Virus record (IMG/VR): IMGVR_UViG_3300044956_001213
Coordinates: 6,118-70,117 of that record
Length of the DNA stretch: 64,000 nucleotides
From: a virus
Strand: one strand, 5' to 3'
The notes under the pieces were generated by a model, which saw only the letters and a program-made list of their open reading frames with translations, was not told the DNA's origin and did not search any database. This document shows, in pieces, positions 11,801 through 21,360 of this stretch. Positions within the stretch are counted from its first letter, which is position 1, and every line of letters begins with the position of its first letter. The position numbers were made by a program, and so were the translations under genes.

Positions 11801-12301
11801 TTCGTTTTGAAAATCTCCTAATGCACCGGACGCATAGAGAAGTATAGTATATTCTGAAGCGCTTAATGAGCTATACGATTGCCAACTGTTTAGTCTATCA
11901 ATATAAATAGGATCTCCTAATTTACCTGCTGGTAAATCGTAAATAAATTTGTCAAAATCTCTAAATTGATATTGATCGTGAATAAAGTTTAAAATTGTTA
12001 TTCTAGGTCTATAAGTACTATCATAACTCATTCCATTTTTATCGTAAACTGTAAGCCTTACATCATATTCCCCGGGCCATTTGTATTGATGCTTTGCTGT
12101 TAATCCGTTAGCATAAGTACCATCGCCAAAATCCCATCTTACAATTTTATTGCTTATAGCATTTTGCGAAGTTAAAATAGGGGTAGAAGTAAAATCAGGA
12201 ATAAACTCTAGAGGTGTATTAGGCAGAGTGTAGGAAGATAGAGTAAAGTTCCCCGAATAATCTTTTACGTAAAAAAAGACGTATGTATAGAGAACTGACA
12301 T
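8834..12301 (-). CDS. Baseplate-associated protein with PKD domain and beta-propeller repeats
   Basis: WDFGDGT...HQYKWPGEYDVRLTV (PKD); repeated IALDGNSDLWV / IDTDFDNNIWV / VDRDKNVWV / IAIDTSDYIWI (NHL/Vgb-like propeller blades). Confidence 0.7.
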   Translation of the reverse strand: MSVLYTYVFFYVKDYSGNFTLSSYTLPNTPLEFIPDFTSTPILTSQNAISNKIVRWDFGDGTYANGLTAKHQYKWPGEYDVRLTVYDKNGMSYDSTYRPRITILNFIHDQYQFRDFDKFIYDLPAGKLGDPIYIDRLNSWQSYSSLSASEYTILLYASGALGDFQNEENFYKDKWSHLRSLSRFYRINSIQGNEEYILIDKIKTSNTEIYTRIFNNKLQICKKEDEGSVFAGTSGSCEFYYADDRVKNYSGRDQPIFLYGILDNSKLNDKYTTYNNSYEYVQYPPYGYNNLRPSVYPIVKIRHNPAEYLSISTTGIIGEGTLSTTKFNIPEISWQNTEIPFVIRLKDVNNFTTKSYPPLSSSTIDTNISYLTSFDVKFDLVTQNGTTFKRLSTVNFYQDFSTDTPQSIGAFYKGYFIPNSSTVNAKLTASVTIVDPPNYTKDSILGWIAAPQYNQLVRFFNRQIYTNCPGVLTMTLTSVQSFIYNYENRNVYAIQVAPSGSGGFMGDYHTWFADGSKDTLFKLDARGVILSSFSFSNYPILSGNKLTYRNLLSPVLSSAAPGSIALDGNSDLWVALFDSVSCIKIDRNTGGVKAVAYPNTSNFVYYLSSDYNINALKGYAGENLLLPSSIDTDFDNNIWVTYTHPVSNFLVKYDTNGSVLKVINFPALITPVEAVVDRDKNVWVTAYNYDVNLSGPVTSLTGREDFLYKFDSNGILHPNFPIGGFNFIGNLTFDSKQNAWIIQDRETVTLIGADGVKVDNYIAGTGNYTNYIGSIGGIAIDTSDYIWIINNFTNKLYMIDTLTPPPTSENLVKYEPLYFPEDSIENPSLTFEDKQFQAYGDWLGTRWINKYMGSSTKVRTITGESNLFNIFSDKGKYNINKVNENFNANEFYNSLIFTENLEDKLILFNDFIGTIVGGASAMPYELGKTVYEKIANFVENVSDIDKTNIDQLISFCDELTIQFEQYNYPYPPQLKRLVNILSIKHKNLWGEINQYSNNFYKPGTGIYSEVPSNLGTQLSTLTSVISSGVPIVAQEIFSDIYTLVNQNNIVGYTLGQEIKLSGYNYDWGWGLIAPRSLSGIKISNYYNFFSFNLEYEGSYYNNIIDWDNILTTLSFKNSSFDEWRRDSGIMQTILSYELTKGLRLFLSGSNIIYNN

Positions 12302-14154
12302 TAGAACTCTTTCTCAAGCGTCTGTATAGATGGTGTAACAACCTGTATTTTTTTAGTAAACTCAAGGGAATTATTTAAAAACGGAAACTTAAAGTAGGGG
12401 AGCTTTATATCTTGCGTAGTTATTATTGCGTCTTCTTCGGGATATACAGGGTTATATATCAAGAGACTAATACCGGGTATTGTTATTGTTTCATCACCTT
12501 CTGTTCTAATGGTTTTTATATCTTTGACGCCTTCTAAAGATAAAATGTCATTAGTAATTTCAGTAATGTTAAGAGTCAAGCCTAAATTATCTTTTAAATT
12601 AGAAAAATAATTTGAAAATATTTCGGAAATTTGCTGCTTTAAAGTTTCAGAATTTCTTTTAGCTGTAATGTCTCTTGTAATTTCTAAAAATGTATTTTCT
12701 GAAATGCTAGGTCCAATTATTTCACCTGGAAACTTTACTCCTACATCTATTGCAACGTAAACAGGGTCATTAATTATAATTTCTGCTGTAGTTAATTTTA
12801 CGCTTTGTAAATCATTTAATAAAAGCTGTTTTTGTGCAGAATTTAAATAATTAGCTCTAGTTGTTAGTGAAGTTAATTTCTCAAGCTTAGGTATTGCATA
12901 AATGTATACGTTATTAAAATTGCATGAATCTGAAAATTTGACTTGATTGAAGAGTACTCTACTTTCTTTACTTGGTTTAGATACACCCATATCAAAGAAA
13001 TATTTTAGATGACCAGAGATATAATCCCAATTGTTTACTGTGGCTACAGAGGAGATAATATTACTATAGTTTTTGGTAACATAGTTTGTAAAATCGTTAG
13101 CTGTAATTAACCTATATTGACTTCTAAATGTATTAACGGCGTTATTTTTTATAGATGAAACATCTTCGCGAGTTACAAAAGAAGTGGAAGAATCAATATT
13201 AGTAAATTCAATTAAATTGGATTGGCTTGGTGTAATTAATGTTAGGTTTTCCGGTGTGGTGTCTGTCTGAATCTGTAGAGATCTGTTTGTTTTAAAATAA
13301 AACATTTTATTATTATTAAGCAACCCTGGTCCGATTTCACCTCTTATGCCGTCTGACTTAATATAGTAGATTGCGATTTCATCTCCTTGTTTTAGTTGTT
13401 TACCAGTGACATTATTACCAAATTTAAACTCATACCTTTCATTTTCATTGAGTCTTACTTCATAAACTTTTGAATTAGATCTCTCTAGAAATAATGATTG
13501 TGTTGATGACCATTTTTCCCATCTAGGTGTTTCTACTGAATTCTCCTTAACGTAAATATCTATATTAAAATGGTCTATAGTTAAATTAGTACCGTTATTA
13601 TCAACTAAAGTCATTGTAATTATCTCAAAAGGTTCGCCTGTTGCTTGATATGTGGGGTATTCTTGGTATGTACCTTGATATAATAAATTATTTTCTTGAA
13701 GATTTACTAATGCTTCTCTTGCATTAGAATTTTTAGAAAATGTTACATCTTGATTAAACGAATAGTTAACTCCATTAATAGTAAAAAAAGAATATCTAGG
13801 AATTGTATAAGTTCCTTGCGCTAATGTATCTTTTGAAGTAGCTAAAAATGAAAGAATAGCTGTCTGGTTGCCAATAGGATTATAACTTATAAGTTTTACT
13901 ATTTTATTTACATTTTCATATAGCTCAGCTGTACTAAAAGTGCTTTCAGAACCTGTTCTGTTGAGATAGAAAATTAAAACATGATATGCATAGGCTATAA
14001 TATCTATAAGAGAAGATAAATTGCTGCCTTCAAAATTTTGATCAGTAAAAATGTTATTAGTATTAAGCCTGGTAGTTATTAAACTTTTGAGGCTTAATGC
14101 ATCAAAAGCTACATACCCATCTTCAGGTAGATTGTAATTATTAAATTCAGCCAT
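12301..14154 (-). CDS. gp6: Baseplate wedge subunit (T4 gp6-like)
   Basis: FTDQNFEGSNLSSLIDIIAY, FGNNVTGK and QYRLITANDF motifs. Confidence 0.9.
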   Translation of the reverse strand: MAEFNNYNLPEDGYVAFDALSLKSLITTRLNTNNIFTDQNFEGSNLSSLIDIIAYAYHVLIFYLNRTGSESTFSTAELYENVNKIVKLISYNPIGNQTAILSFLATSKDTLAQGTYTIPRYSFFTINGVNYSFNQDVTFSKNSNAREALVNLQENNLLYQGTYQEYPTYQATGEPFEIITMTLVDNNGTNLTIDHFNIDIYVKENSVETPRWEKWSSTQSLFLERSNSKVYEVRLNENERYEFKFGNNVTGKQLKQGDEIAIYYIKSDGIRGEIGPGLLNNNKMFYFKTNRSLQIQTDTTPENLTLITPSQSNLIEFTNIDSSTSFVTREDVSSIKNNAVNTFRSQYRLITANDFTNYVTKNYSNIISSVATVNNWDYISGHLKYFFDMGVSKPSKESRVLFNQVKFSDSCNFNNVYIYAIPKLEKLTSLTTRANYLNSAQKQLLLNDLQSVKLTTAEIIINDPVYVAIDVGVKFPGEIIGPSISENTFLEITRDITAKRNSETLKQQISEIFSNYFSNLKDNLGLTLNITEITNDILSLEGVKDIKTIRTEGDETITIPGISLLIYNPVYPEEDAIITTQDIKLPYFKFPFLNNSLEFTKKIQVVTPSIQTLEKEF

Positions 14155-14155
14155 A

Positions 14156-14638
14156 TTAATTATTTACAAAGTTGAACCCAGTATTACTTAATACCCCTAC
14201 TAATTTAAAGCTAATAGGATCTATTGCTAGCATTGTTAATATAAGGGTAATTACATACTGTTGATTTACTTCATCAGTAGCTACATTTATATTTTCAATC
14301 TTTACTCTTGGTTCAAATGTGTTTATTCCTCTTAAAATTTCGTTACCTATGGCTAATCCTGTATCTTCATTTACAGGTAAAAATAAATATTTTTGCACTC
14401 CTAATCCAAAATTTGGGTTTAAAATACGCTGACCTGGTATAGTTGTAAGGATATTGTAGATAGAGTTGCGTATAGCAGCGTAGTCATAATCAATTTTAAG
14501 GTCTTTTATTTCTTTTTTCTTTAAAAACTCATTACTTTTAGTAAAATCGAGTTTAATATCAAGAAGTAAATCAGTATATGTAAAGTTGCTTTTAGCTCTT
14601 GCAGGCTGTTGAATAGACTGTACCTTTATTGTTGCCAC
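14156..14638 (-). CDS. gp25: Baseplate wedge subunit (T4 gp25-like)
   Basis: AIRNSIYNILTTIPGQRILNPNFG...FEPRV. Confidence 0.9.
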   Translation of the reverse strand: MATIKVQSIQQPARAKSNFTYTDLLLDIKLDFTKSNEFLKKKEIKDLKIDYDYAAIRNSIYNILTTIPGQRILNPNFGLGVQKYLFLPVNEDTGLAIGNEILRGINTFEPRVKIENINVATDEVNQQYVITLILTMLAIDPISFKLVGVLSNTGFNFVNN

Positions 14639-14708
14639 ATAGTTATTTATGTCATTTTTATTTTTTTAAAAATAGTTTTATTTGCATAAAAAGTAATAAA
14701 TAATTAAA

Positions 14709-15317
14709 ATGAAGCGAAATTTTGTCAAATTATTCGAATCTGCTATGCAACGTTATACTTTAGGTGGGCTATTAGTAGGTGATGTAGTGGTTTTTAAAAA
14801 AGGTGCTTTTAATGATAGTTGGTTTAAGAGTCTAGGCACTAATACACAAGAAAAATTAAAGAATATGGCAAATAGTGGATTAAATTTACGTATTTCTGCT
14901 ATTAAAAACGTTTTACCTAATGTTATGGGTGCTAATAACACAGATTACACTGGAACTGATTTTAATGTTGATATAACATCAGAAATCGCACCGGGTCGTT
15001 ACATGGATTTTGCTACAATTCCTGGTAGATTATTGGAACCAAAAAGCTCTGTTCCTAATTTACCTGGAGTTCCAGAGGTTTTAAAGAAAGATGACCCAGG
15101 TAAAAGAGCTCACATTAAAGCAAAGAAAGTTTCAAATGAACAAGAAGAAGTTCCTTTTTATTCACCTGTACAAACCAGGCTTTCTGATATTGGAAAGAAT
15201 AAATTGAACACTGGTGACAGAGAGCTAAATAACAAAAACGTTAAAATACCTTCATCTCCCGCCTCAGGAGCAACAGACCCTGCAAGCTATACTGCTAAAT
15301 ATCTGCCAAAGCAATAA
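14709..15317 (+). CDS. Hypothetical late protein (capsid-targeting-like N-terminus)
   Basis: ATAAATA at 14696-14702; begins MKRNFVKLFE. Confidence 0.6.
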   Translation: MKRNFVKLFESAMQRYTLGGLLVGDVVVFKKGAFNDSWFKSLGTNTQEKLKNMANSGLNLRISAIKNVLPNVMGANNTDYTGTDFNVDITSEIAPGRYMDFATIPGRLLEPKSSVPNLPGVPEVLKKDDPGKRAHIKAKKVSNEQEEVPFYSPVQTRLSDIGKNKLNTGDRELNNKNVKIPSSPASGATDPASYTAKYLPKQ

Positions 15318-16221
15318 AACAAGAATAGCAATTAATTTCTTGATCTATAACAAAACTGCTTCTGTATATATATTCGGAAAGTGTTAGCAAATACTTCTTT
15401 TTCTTACTATTATCTAAATCTAAACCATCAATATAGTTAAAAAGATTTCTCATAAGCATAACGTAATCATTATTAAATTGATGCCCGTTCTCAATTAGTG
15501 CCTTTCTCAAAGCTACAGCGCTATTTTTACTTATTTCACTGAAAATTAATGCATTGACATTATTATTATCATTTTCAATAAGCTTTAAAGTACCATTAGA
15601 TGAATATTTCTGTAGCTCGTTAATGCATTTACGCAGATCAGGGTAGTTTGTTTTAATAAAATCGAGTAATTTTTGCTTTTCGGAAGCAGGTATTTCTATT
15701 TTTTCTGCTTTTAATATGTGTGCGCACCTCTTAACAATACCCTCCAAAGGTGGAGTAAGGTCAATTGATTGACATCTGCTTTGTAAAGCGGTTATAACTC
15801 TATATTTAAAATTAGCAGTTAAAATAAATCTTGTAATTTTTGCAAATTCTTCCATTGTATTGCGAAGAGCGCGTTGTGCATCAAGAGAAAGGCCGTCAGT
15901 TTCATCAAGAATAATAACTTTTATCTTTCCGTCTATGCTTTTTGTTTGTGCAAAGCTTGTAACTTTGTTTCTTATAGTATCAATTCCGTTTTCATCACTA
16001 GCATTAATATAAAGATACTGACATTCCAGTATATCATTAACAAGAATTTTAGCTAAAGTCGTTTTACCGAGCCCCGGGGTACCCAAGAACAAGAGATTAG
16101 GTATTTCTTTTTTAGTTTTAAACGATTCAATTACAGGTCTGTTTTTTTCAGCAATAATAAAATCGTCAAGCTTCAAAGGTCGGTATTTTTCAACCCATAA
16201 ACTATCAAAATTAAGGTTCAT
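15295..16221 (-). CDS. gp44: Sliding clamp loader AAA+ subunit (gp44/RFC small subunit-like)
   Basis: LWVEKYRP, GTPGLGKT, INASDENG, ILDETD and LQSRC motifs. Confidence 0.92.
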   Translation of the reverse strand: MNLNFDSLWVEKYRPLKLDDFIIAEKNRPVIESFKTKKEIPNLLFLGTPGLGKTTLAKILVNDILECQYLYINASDENGIDTIRNKVTSFAQTKSIDGKIKVIILDETDGLSLDAQRALRNTMEEFAKITRFILTANFKYRVITALQSRCQSIDLTPPLEGIVKRCAHILKAEKIEIPASEKQKLLDFIKTNYPDLRKCINELQKYSSNGTLKLIENDNNNVNALIFSEISKNSAVALRKALIENGHQFNNDYVMLMRNLFNYIDGLDLDNSKKKKYLLTLSEYIYRSSFVIDQEINCYSCFIALADI

Positions 16222-16682
16222 TATCTTCCAGAAGAACCAAACCCCTTTTCATTTCTATTTGTTTCTTCAACTTTACCCCACTCTACATTCATTGAAATAT
16301 TAAAGTATATAACCAGCTGTGCAACCCTATCTCCTATTTTAATTTGATAATCTGTATCTGTTAAATTATATAGTTTTACGCCTGCGGATCCTCTGTATCC
16401 ATTGTCGATAATACCTGGATGTGCACTTATTCCGTATTTAAAGCCTAATCCGCTACGAGACTCAACTTTTAACCAATAGCCTTCCGGTATAAAAGCGAAT
16501 TTTAAACCTACATCGATTACAGCGCTTTGTCTCGCTGTAATAATCTTATCTTCTATACTATATAAATCGTAACCAGTGTCGTCTTCATGGTTTTTTGTAG
16601 GTAATTTAGCTAAGTCATGTACTTTTTCAAACTTTAGTACAGGTATATAAGCGGTTTCCGTTAAAGTATCTTTACTAAACAT
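16221..16682 (-). CDS. dut: Trimeric dUTPase
   Basis: GYDLYS, RSGLG, GIIDNGYRG, RVAQL and RNEKGFGSSG. Start reassigned to ATG 16682, 6 nt after a TATAAT box. Confidence 0.92.
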   Translation of the reverse strand: MFSKDTLTETAYIPVLKFEKVHDLAKLPTKNHEDDTGYDLYSIEDKIITARQSAVIDVGLKFAFIPEGYWLKVESRSGLGFKYGISAHPGIIDNGYRGSAGVKLYNLTDTDYQIKIGDRVAQLVIYFNISMNVEWGKVEETNRNEKGFGSSGR

Positions 16683-16735
16683 ACTCATATTATAGCATAT
16701 ATTTGTATAAATCAATACTATTATTAAATATTGTT

Positions 16736-17212
16736 ATGAGTGAAGAGCTAAACGAGATGGTAGGTGATTTGCTAGAACAACTACAAGATGCTAACAAAAA
16801 AGCGGAAGAAATAAAAAAAGAAACTAACCCATTAACTAAAGAAAATATGGAAAAGTTTGTAGTTGAAAAAGCTGGAAGATTGGTAGAGGAAAGTTTAGAC
16901 GTAGTTTCTAACGTAAAAGAATATATTTCTAGTGCTCCTGAAAGTAAGGATGTAGGATCTTTAGCTGAATTAATTGCAGCTACATCTACGGCAATAGAGA
17001 CTTTAAATAAAATTATAGTTACTGATAAGAAAAATGAAACTATTATTAAAGCTAAGGAGATGGATATAGCCTCTAGAAAAGAGTTAAAAAAAGCTGATAA
17101 TACTACTAAACTTTTAACCACACGAGAACAAATTTTCAAGATGTTAATAGATAGTGCAAATCAGAGTGCAAAGATAATTGACGCAGAAATAATCGAAGAT
17201 AAGAATAATTAA
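16736..17212 (+). CDS. Helical late protein, possible terminase small subunit
   Basis: TAAATA-N5-ATG at 16725-16738; size and helical pattern are compatible with gp16, but there is no diagnostic motif. Confidence 0.35.
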   Translation: MSEELNEMVGDLLEQLQDANKKAEEIKKETNPLTKENMEKFVVEKAGRLVEESLDVVSNVKEYISSAPESKDVGSLAELIAATSTAIETLNKIIVTDKKNETIIKAKEMDIASRKELKKADNTTKLLTTREQIFKMLIDSANQSAKIIDAEIIEDKNN

Positions 17213-19356
17213 TCCTTCTTATTATTACATTCAAACCAAGTTTTGTAAAAGTCTTTCCATATTTCCTTAAAGTCAGGTACCAAGTCTTCAAGAAACTTCT
17301 TAAACCCATCTTTTCTAAATATCTTAGGAATTAAGCTTTCAAGTTTATCTCCTATTTTATCTAAATCAAAATCATCTATATCAAAAATTTCATCAAATTT
17401 AAACTCTCCTATAACAGGAAGCTTGAAATCACAAATTATGTTTTTTAATTCTTGTGCAGACTGTACTACAGATCCAATACTAGGGTTTTTATAATCTAAC
17501 CCTGAAATAAGAGAATATATTTGAGGAAAAGAACCTGGGTCAACAGATGGTAGAACTGATGGAAGGTTGTTAATAGGTGATGTAACTAATGATGGTAAAC
17601 TATTTATAGACTGAGAAAGCTCTAATAATGGTGCTGCAGCTCCTTGTAGTGGCGAAGAGAGTCTTTCTAAACCAGGTATAGCTGTAATACCGGTATTTTG
17701 AATTAAAGCGTCGAGTTTTGATAGCTCTTGAACTGGCGCCTGTAAAGCAGCTACAGCAGTTTCTATTTTAGATGTTGCTGCTTCGGTGTAAGAGATTGGT
17801 GTTTTTATCTTAAATTCTCTCACCTGATATAAAAATCGTTCATTAATGTAATTGCTATCTAAATTTTCTTTATTATCGCTACACGCATCAACACATAAAA
17901 ATCTATCTATTGTTAATGTACTCATAGAATGTCTATATTTTTTCTGTAAAATATCTACTAGCTGCACTGTACCCTCTACATTAATACTATAGTAAATATC
18001 ATCCATTTTTTGTAGATTAGCTTTTTTAAGATCTCTTGGATTATAAGCAGGCTTATTATTCATAGTGCTATAAAAATTAGTAGAAACTCCTGTATTAGGA
18101 AACTGCTCTAAAGCAGATTTAACAACTTCAGATTGATTAGATACCTGAGTATTGTATGTTTTAATATCGGAAACTAAATTCAAGCCGTGAGGTGTTGTTG
18201 GATCAGCTGATGCATCAGTATCTTCATTATTGTAAAAAATTTTATGAATATTTTCTTTTAATTTTTGAAGTGATTTGTTATTAAATTCTTGAGCTGATTT
18301 ATGCAAATCTGGAGGCATTTTGCTCTCTAATTGTGGAGGCACTAATTGAGTAGGACCATATTGCCCAGCTAAATCAAATATAGGCATTACTGATTCATTG
18401 TAATTTCTATTAGATAGTGTAGCAAAAGAATCAGAAGGAGGAAACAAAAACGAATCTAAGCTCATCCAGTTTGTATCTAAACCGCCGTCATTGACGAGCC
18501 CTACATTTGATTTTACATCCCCTACTACTTGACCATTGAAAGATTTAAACCATCCATAGGTGTAATAGTTATCATACTCACTCCCTTTAAGTTCTGTATC
18601 TAGATTATTAAAAAAGTCTGTTTGTTCTTTTACTACATCTGGCGAAGTTTTTGTTTTATTGTACTCAATACCCTTTTCAATCATTTTGTCTAAATTACCA
18701 GATGAATTAGTAGTTTTAGGGGTAAATTTATTATTAGGCAGGTAGTTGTTTGCAGTGGGAACAAATGAATGAGGTATCTCGCTTGATCTTATTTCCCAAT
18801 GAATCTTATCATTAGGTTTTCCGTTTTTATCATATAATGTTTTAAACCCGTATTTACCACCATTTAAAAATAACCAGTTTAAAGTTTTAGGATCGCTTCT
18901 AATATCTATGTCTACTGCTAGTCCTAGACCGTGATTACTCTTGCCTGGCTCTGCAACCGGGTATCTATTTGCAGCTCTATTAGCGTATAAACTTGCTTGC
19001 TTACTGTAATCCCTGTAAGACGAAACTACTCTTAAATTTATTCCTTGAGCTGCAGCTGCAGCTTTCATTTTAGATAACTGCTCTGCAACATATGGATTTA
19101 AATAATGACCTTCACCTATACTAGTAAGCTGATTTGGATTGTTGATATTCAATCTGCCATTTAAATTTTTAGAAAGACTTTCACGCGTATTTAAACTACC
19201 AGAAGTACCGCTTTTAGGGGCTCCTAAATCACCTGGTGATAAAGAATTGCTGCCTATAGATTGAGGAAATGTAGTGTTTTTAAAGACTGTATCTTTATTT
19301 TTAGTAGGAGCAAGCCTAGTTAAATCCATTGGTGTCGTTCTTACATTATGCTTCAT
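17209..19356 (-). CDS. Tail/baseplate-associated protein with M15 (VanY-like) Zn-peptidase domain
   Basis: SSYRDYSKQ...AEPGKSNHGLGLAVDI...HWE (H-x6-D...H); sits in the baseplate-hub gene run. Confidence 0.75.
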   Translation of the reverse strand: MKHNVRTTPMDLTRLAPTKNKDTVFKNTTFPQSIGSNSLSPGDLGAPKSGTSGSLNTRESLSKNLNGRLNINNPNQLTSIGEGHYLNPYVAEQLSKMKAAAAAQGINLRVVSSYRDYSKQASLYANRAANRYPVAEPGKSNHGLGLAVDIDIRSDPKTLNWLFLNGGKYGFKTLYDKNGKPNDKIHWEIRSSEIPHSFVPTANNYLPNNKFTPKTTNSSGNLDKMIEKGIEYNKTKTSPDVVKEQTDFFNNLDTELKGSEYDNYYTYGWFKSFNGQVVGDVKSNVGLVNDGGLDTNWMSLDSFLFPPSDSFATLSNRNYNESVMPIFDLAGQYGPTQLVPPQLESKMPPDLHKSAQEFNNKSLQKLKENIHKIFYNNEDTDASADPTTPHGLNLVSDIKTYNTQVSNQSEVVKSALEQFPNTGVSTNFYSTMNNKPAYNPRDLKKANLQKMDDIYYSINVEGTVQLVDILQKKYRHSMSTLTIDRFLCVDACSDNKENLDSNYINERFLYQVREFKIKTPISYTEAATSKIETAVAALQAPVQELSKLDALIQNTGITAIPGLERLSSPLQGAAAPLLELSQSINSLPSLVTSPINNLPSVLPSVDPGSFPQIYSLISGLDYKNPSIGSVVQSAQELKNIICDFKLPVIGEFKFDEIFDIDDFDLDKIGDKLESLIPKIFRKDGFKKFLEDLVPDFKEIWKDFYKTWFECNNKKD

Positions 19357-19357
19357 A

Positions 19358-20947
19358 TTATCTTGAGTCAGTTGTTAGTTGTAAATTATCATAACTATAG
19401 GTTTTTACACACCTTATTTCATTAAAGTATTCATTACCCTCAAATATATGTCTAACCTCTAAGATTAAGTATACTCCAAGTAATTTACTGTCAAAATCAC
19501 TAAATGCATATGCCCCCTCCCTGTTTACACCAACAAAAGACCCTGCTTGGCGATGAGATGAACCGGGTACTCTAAAAACTATAGTATTATTTAAAAATAT
19601 ACTGTTAAATAAAACTCTGTTTCTACCTGCAGAAAACCTTGCATTTTCATCTGGTATTATAGTAAAAACGTTTTTGATATTTTTTTGTGTTGTTCTGTAT
19701 TCACCTGGAAAAAAGTTTGGATATGCGACCAAATAACTTACAGGGTTAAATGGCTTAACATAGTTTAAATCGTAAACGCTTAAAGTACTTTGAATAGTAT
19801 GTCTTACCATGTCTATATTAAATTGTTTTTCATAAAATTCATAATTATGAACTAAAACAGATACAATATTTTGTTGAGAATACAATCCCGGGATAGGATC
19901 ATAAGAAAAATTATTTATAGTGCCATATTTGTCTAAAAATAAAGCGTTTGCAGGGGTAAATTCTACTGATTCAATTTGAAATTCCTGATTAGTATCAGAA
20001 TACATCCCTAGTTTAAACGTCTCAAGATAATTATCTCCTATGCCCGATGAGTTGATACCATCTTTACTATCTAAAGCTTTTAAAAACAAATTTTTTAAGC
20101 TTGTAAATTTAAAAACGGATGTATTTCTCTCTATTCTTAAAAAAGACTGATCAAAGTTACTTTCTGGGCTTGAAACATGTCTTGATAAAAGATATTGCAA
20201 GCAATCTATGCCTTTAAATCCTGCGGGTGCAGAAAAAAATATGTCTGCTCCGCCATCATCAAAATCATTTTCATCTACTGTCGCAGCCCACCCATCATCT
20301 TGATTAAAAAATTCTCTTAAAAAGGTCTTAATTGCATAGCCTGTAGGGACACCACGTGCTGTATCAGTACTGTTAATAATATCATCATTTAATAAAACAT
20401 AGTTTGCAGTAGAATAATATGAGTTTTTCTCTCTTAAAAGCTCATAATGAATATCCCAAAAATATAATTTTTTAAATTTTTGCCCGGGGCTAGTCCCCGG
20501 TATTTCTTCCGTATTATATATGGAAAAAATAAATGAAAGCTTAAATGCTTTTTCTGCATCTTTATCGCTTTCAAACATAAATTTGTTATCATTTTCATCT
20601 AAAACAGGCATAATATCAACTATTAGCATATCGCGAGAATCGCCCTTAAATATAAATCCTTTATCGGGGGTAAAAGAATTTGTGTTTACAGAGGTAGCTT
20701 TTTCTTGATTTGAAAAATCGGAAATTCTTTCGACAGCATCAAAAGTATTGTTTATTACTATGTAGCCTTTATGATAAAAATTAGTAAATGCATCTTCTAG
20801 TACCAGCTTATTAATAGCACCAATCTTTAACTCTTGATATCTACCATCAGAAGTGAAAAGACCTATATTATACTTGTAAGGGTTGTTGTTAATTATGTTT
20901 ATTGACTGATTGTTAGTCTTCTCAGGTGTTGTAATTAAACTAGCCAT
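19358..20947 (-). CDS. Baseplate hub protein (gp27/VgrG-hub-like)
   Basis: C-terminal VPG...AG...GVYLILEVRHIF pattern; position between gp53 and the lysin. Confidence 0.55.
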   Translation of the reverse strand: MASLITTPEKTNNQSINIINNNPYKYNIGLFTSDGRYQELKIGAINKLVLEDAFTNFYHKGYIVINNTFDAVERISDFSNQEKATSVNTNSFTPDKGFIFKGDSRDMLIVDIMPVLDENDNKFMFESDKDAEKAFKLSFIFSIYNTEEIPGTSPGQKFKKLYFWDIHYELLREKNSYYSTANYVLLNDDIINSTDTARGVPTGYAIKTFLREFFNQDDGWAATVDENDFDDGGADIFFSAPAGFKGIDCLQYLLSRHVSSPESNFDQSFLRIERNTSVFKFTSLKNLFLKALDSKDGINSSGIGDNYLETFKLGMYSDTNQEFQIESVEFTPANALFLDKYGTINNFSYDPIPGLYSQQNIVSVLVHNYEFYEKQFNIDMVRHTIQSTLSVYDLNYVKPFNPVSYLVAYPNFFPGEYRTTQKNIKNVFTIIPDENARFSAGRNRVLFNSIFLNNTIVFRVPGSSHRQAGSFVGVNREGAYAFSDFDSKLLGVYLILEVRHIFEGNEYFNEIRCVKTYSYDNLQLTTDSR

Positions 20948-20953
20948 AAATTA

Positions 20954-21316
20954 TTATTTTAATGCTATTCTTATTTCGTTTAAAATAGAGCCAACATAAT
21001 CAGGCTTTATAACTTTTAATAAAATACCCTGTTCGGGAAATTTAAGAGGATTATATATTTTATTAGTAAGACATATTAACCACCACAAATCTATAGTTTT
21101 ATAAGCATTGTAGCTAATAGTTGTCCAAGGCATTTTTTTGTTAATTTGTTGATAGTATAAGTAGTCTTCGTTAATATTTTCCGGTAAAAAAATAGACTGT
21201 ATTAAATTATAATAATATTGATTAATATTGGTTTTATATAATTTAAAAATATTTTCATATCTAGTATTCTTTAAACCGGGTAATGAAGAAATATTATTTT
21301 GAAATTGACCTTTCAT
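20954..21316 (-). CDS. gp53: Baseplate wedge protein (gp53/LysM-like)
   Basis: TISYNAYKTIDLWWLICLTNKIYNP. Confidence 0.75.
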   Translation of the reverse strand: MKGQFQNNISSLPGLKNTRYENIFKLYKTNINQYYYNLIQSIFLPENINEDYLYYQQINKKMPWTTISYNAYKTIDLWWLICLTNKIYNPLKFPEQGILLKVIKPDYVGSILNEIRIALK

Positions 21317-21360
21317 TAAAATATTTATAAAGAAAAACTTGAATTACCTTTAAGTGTATA

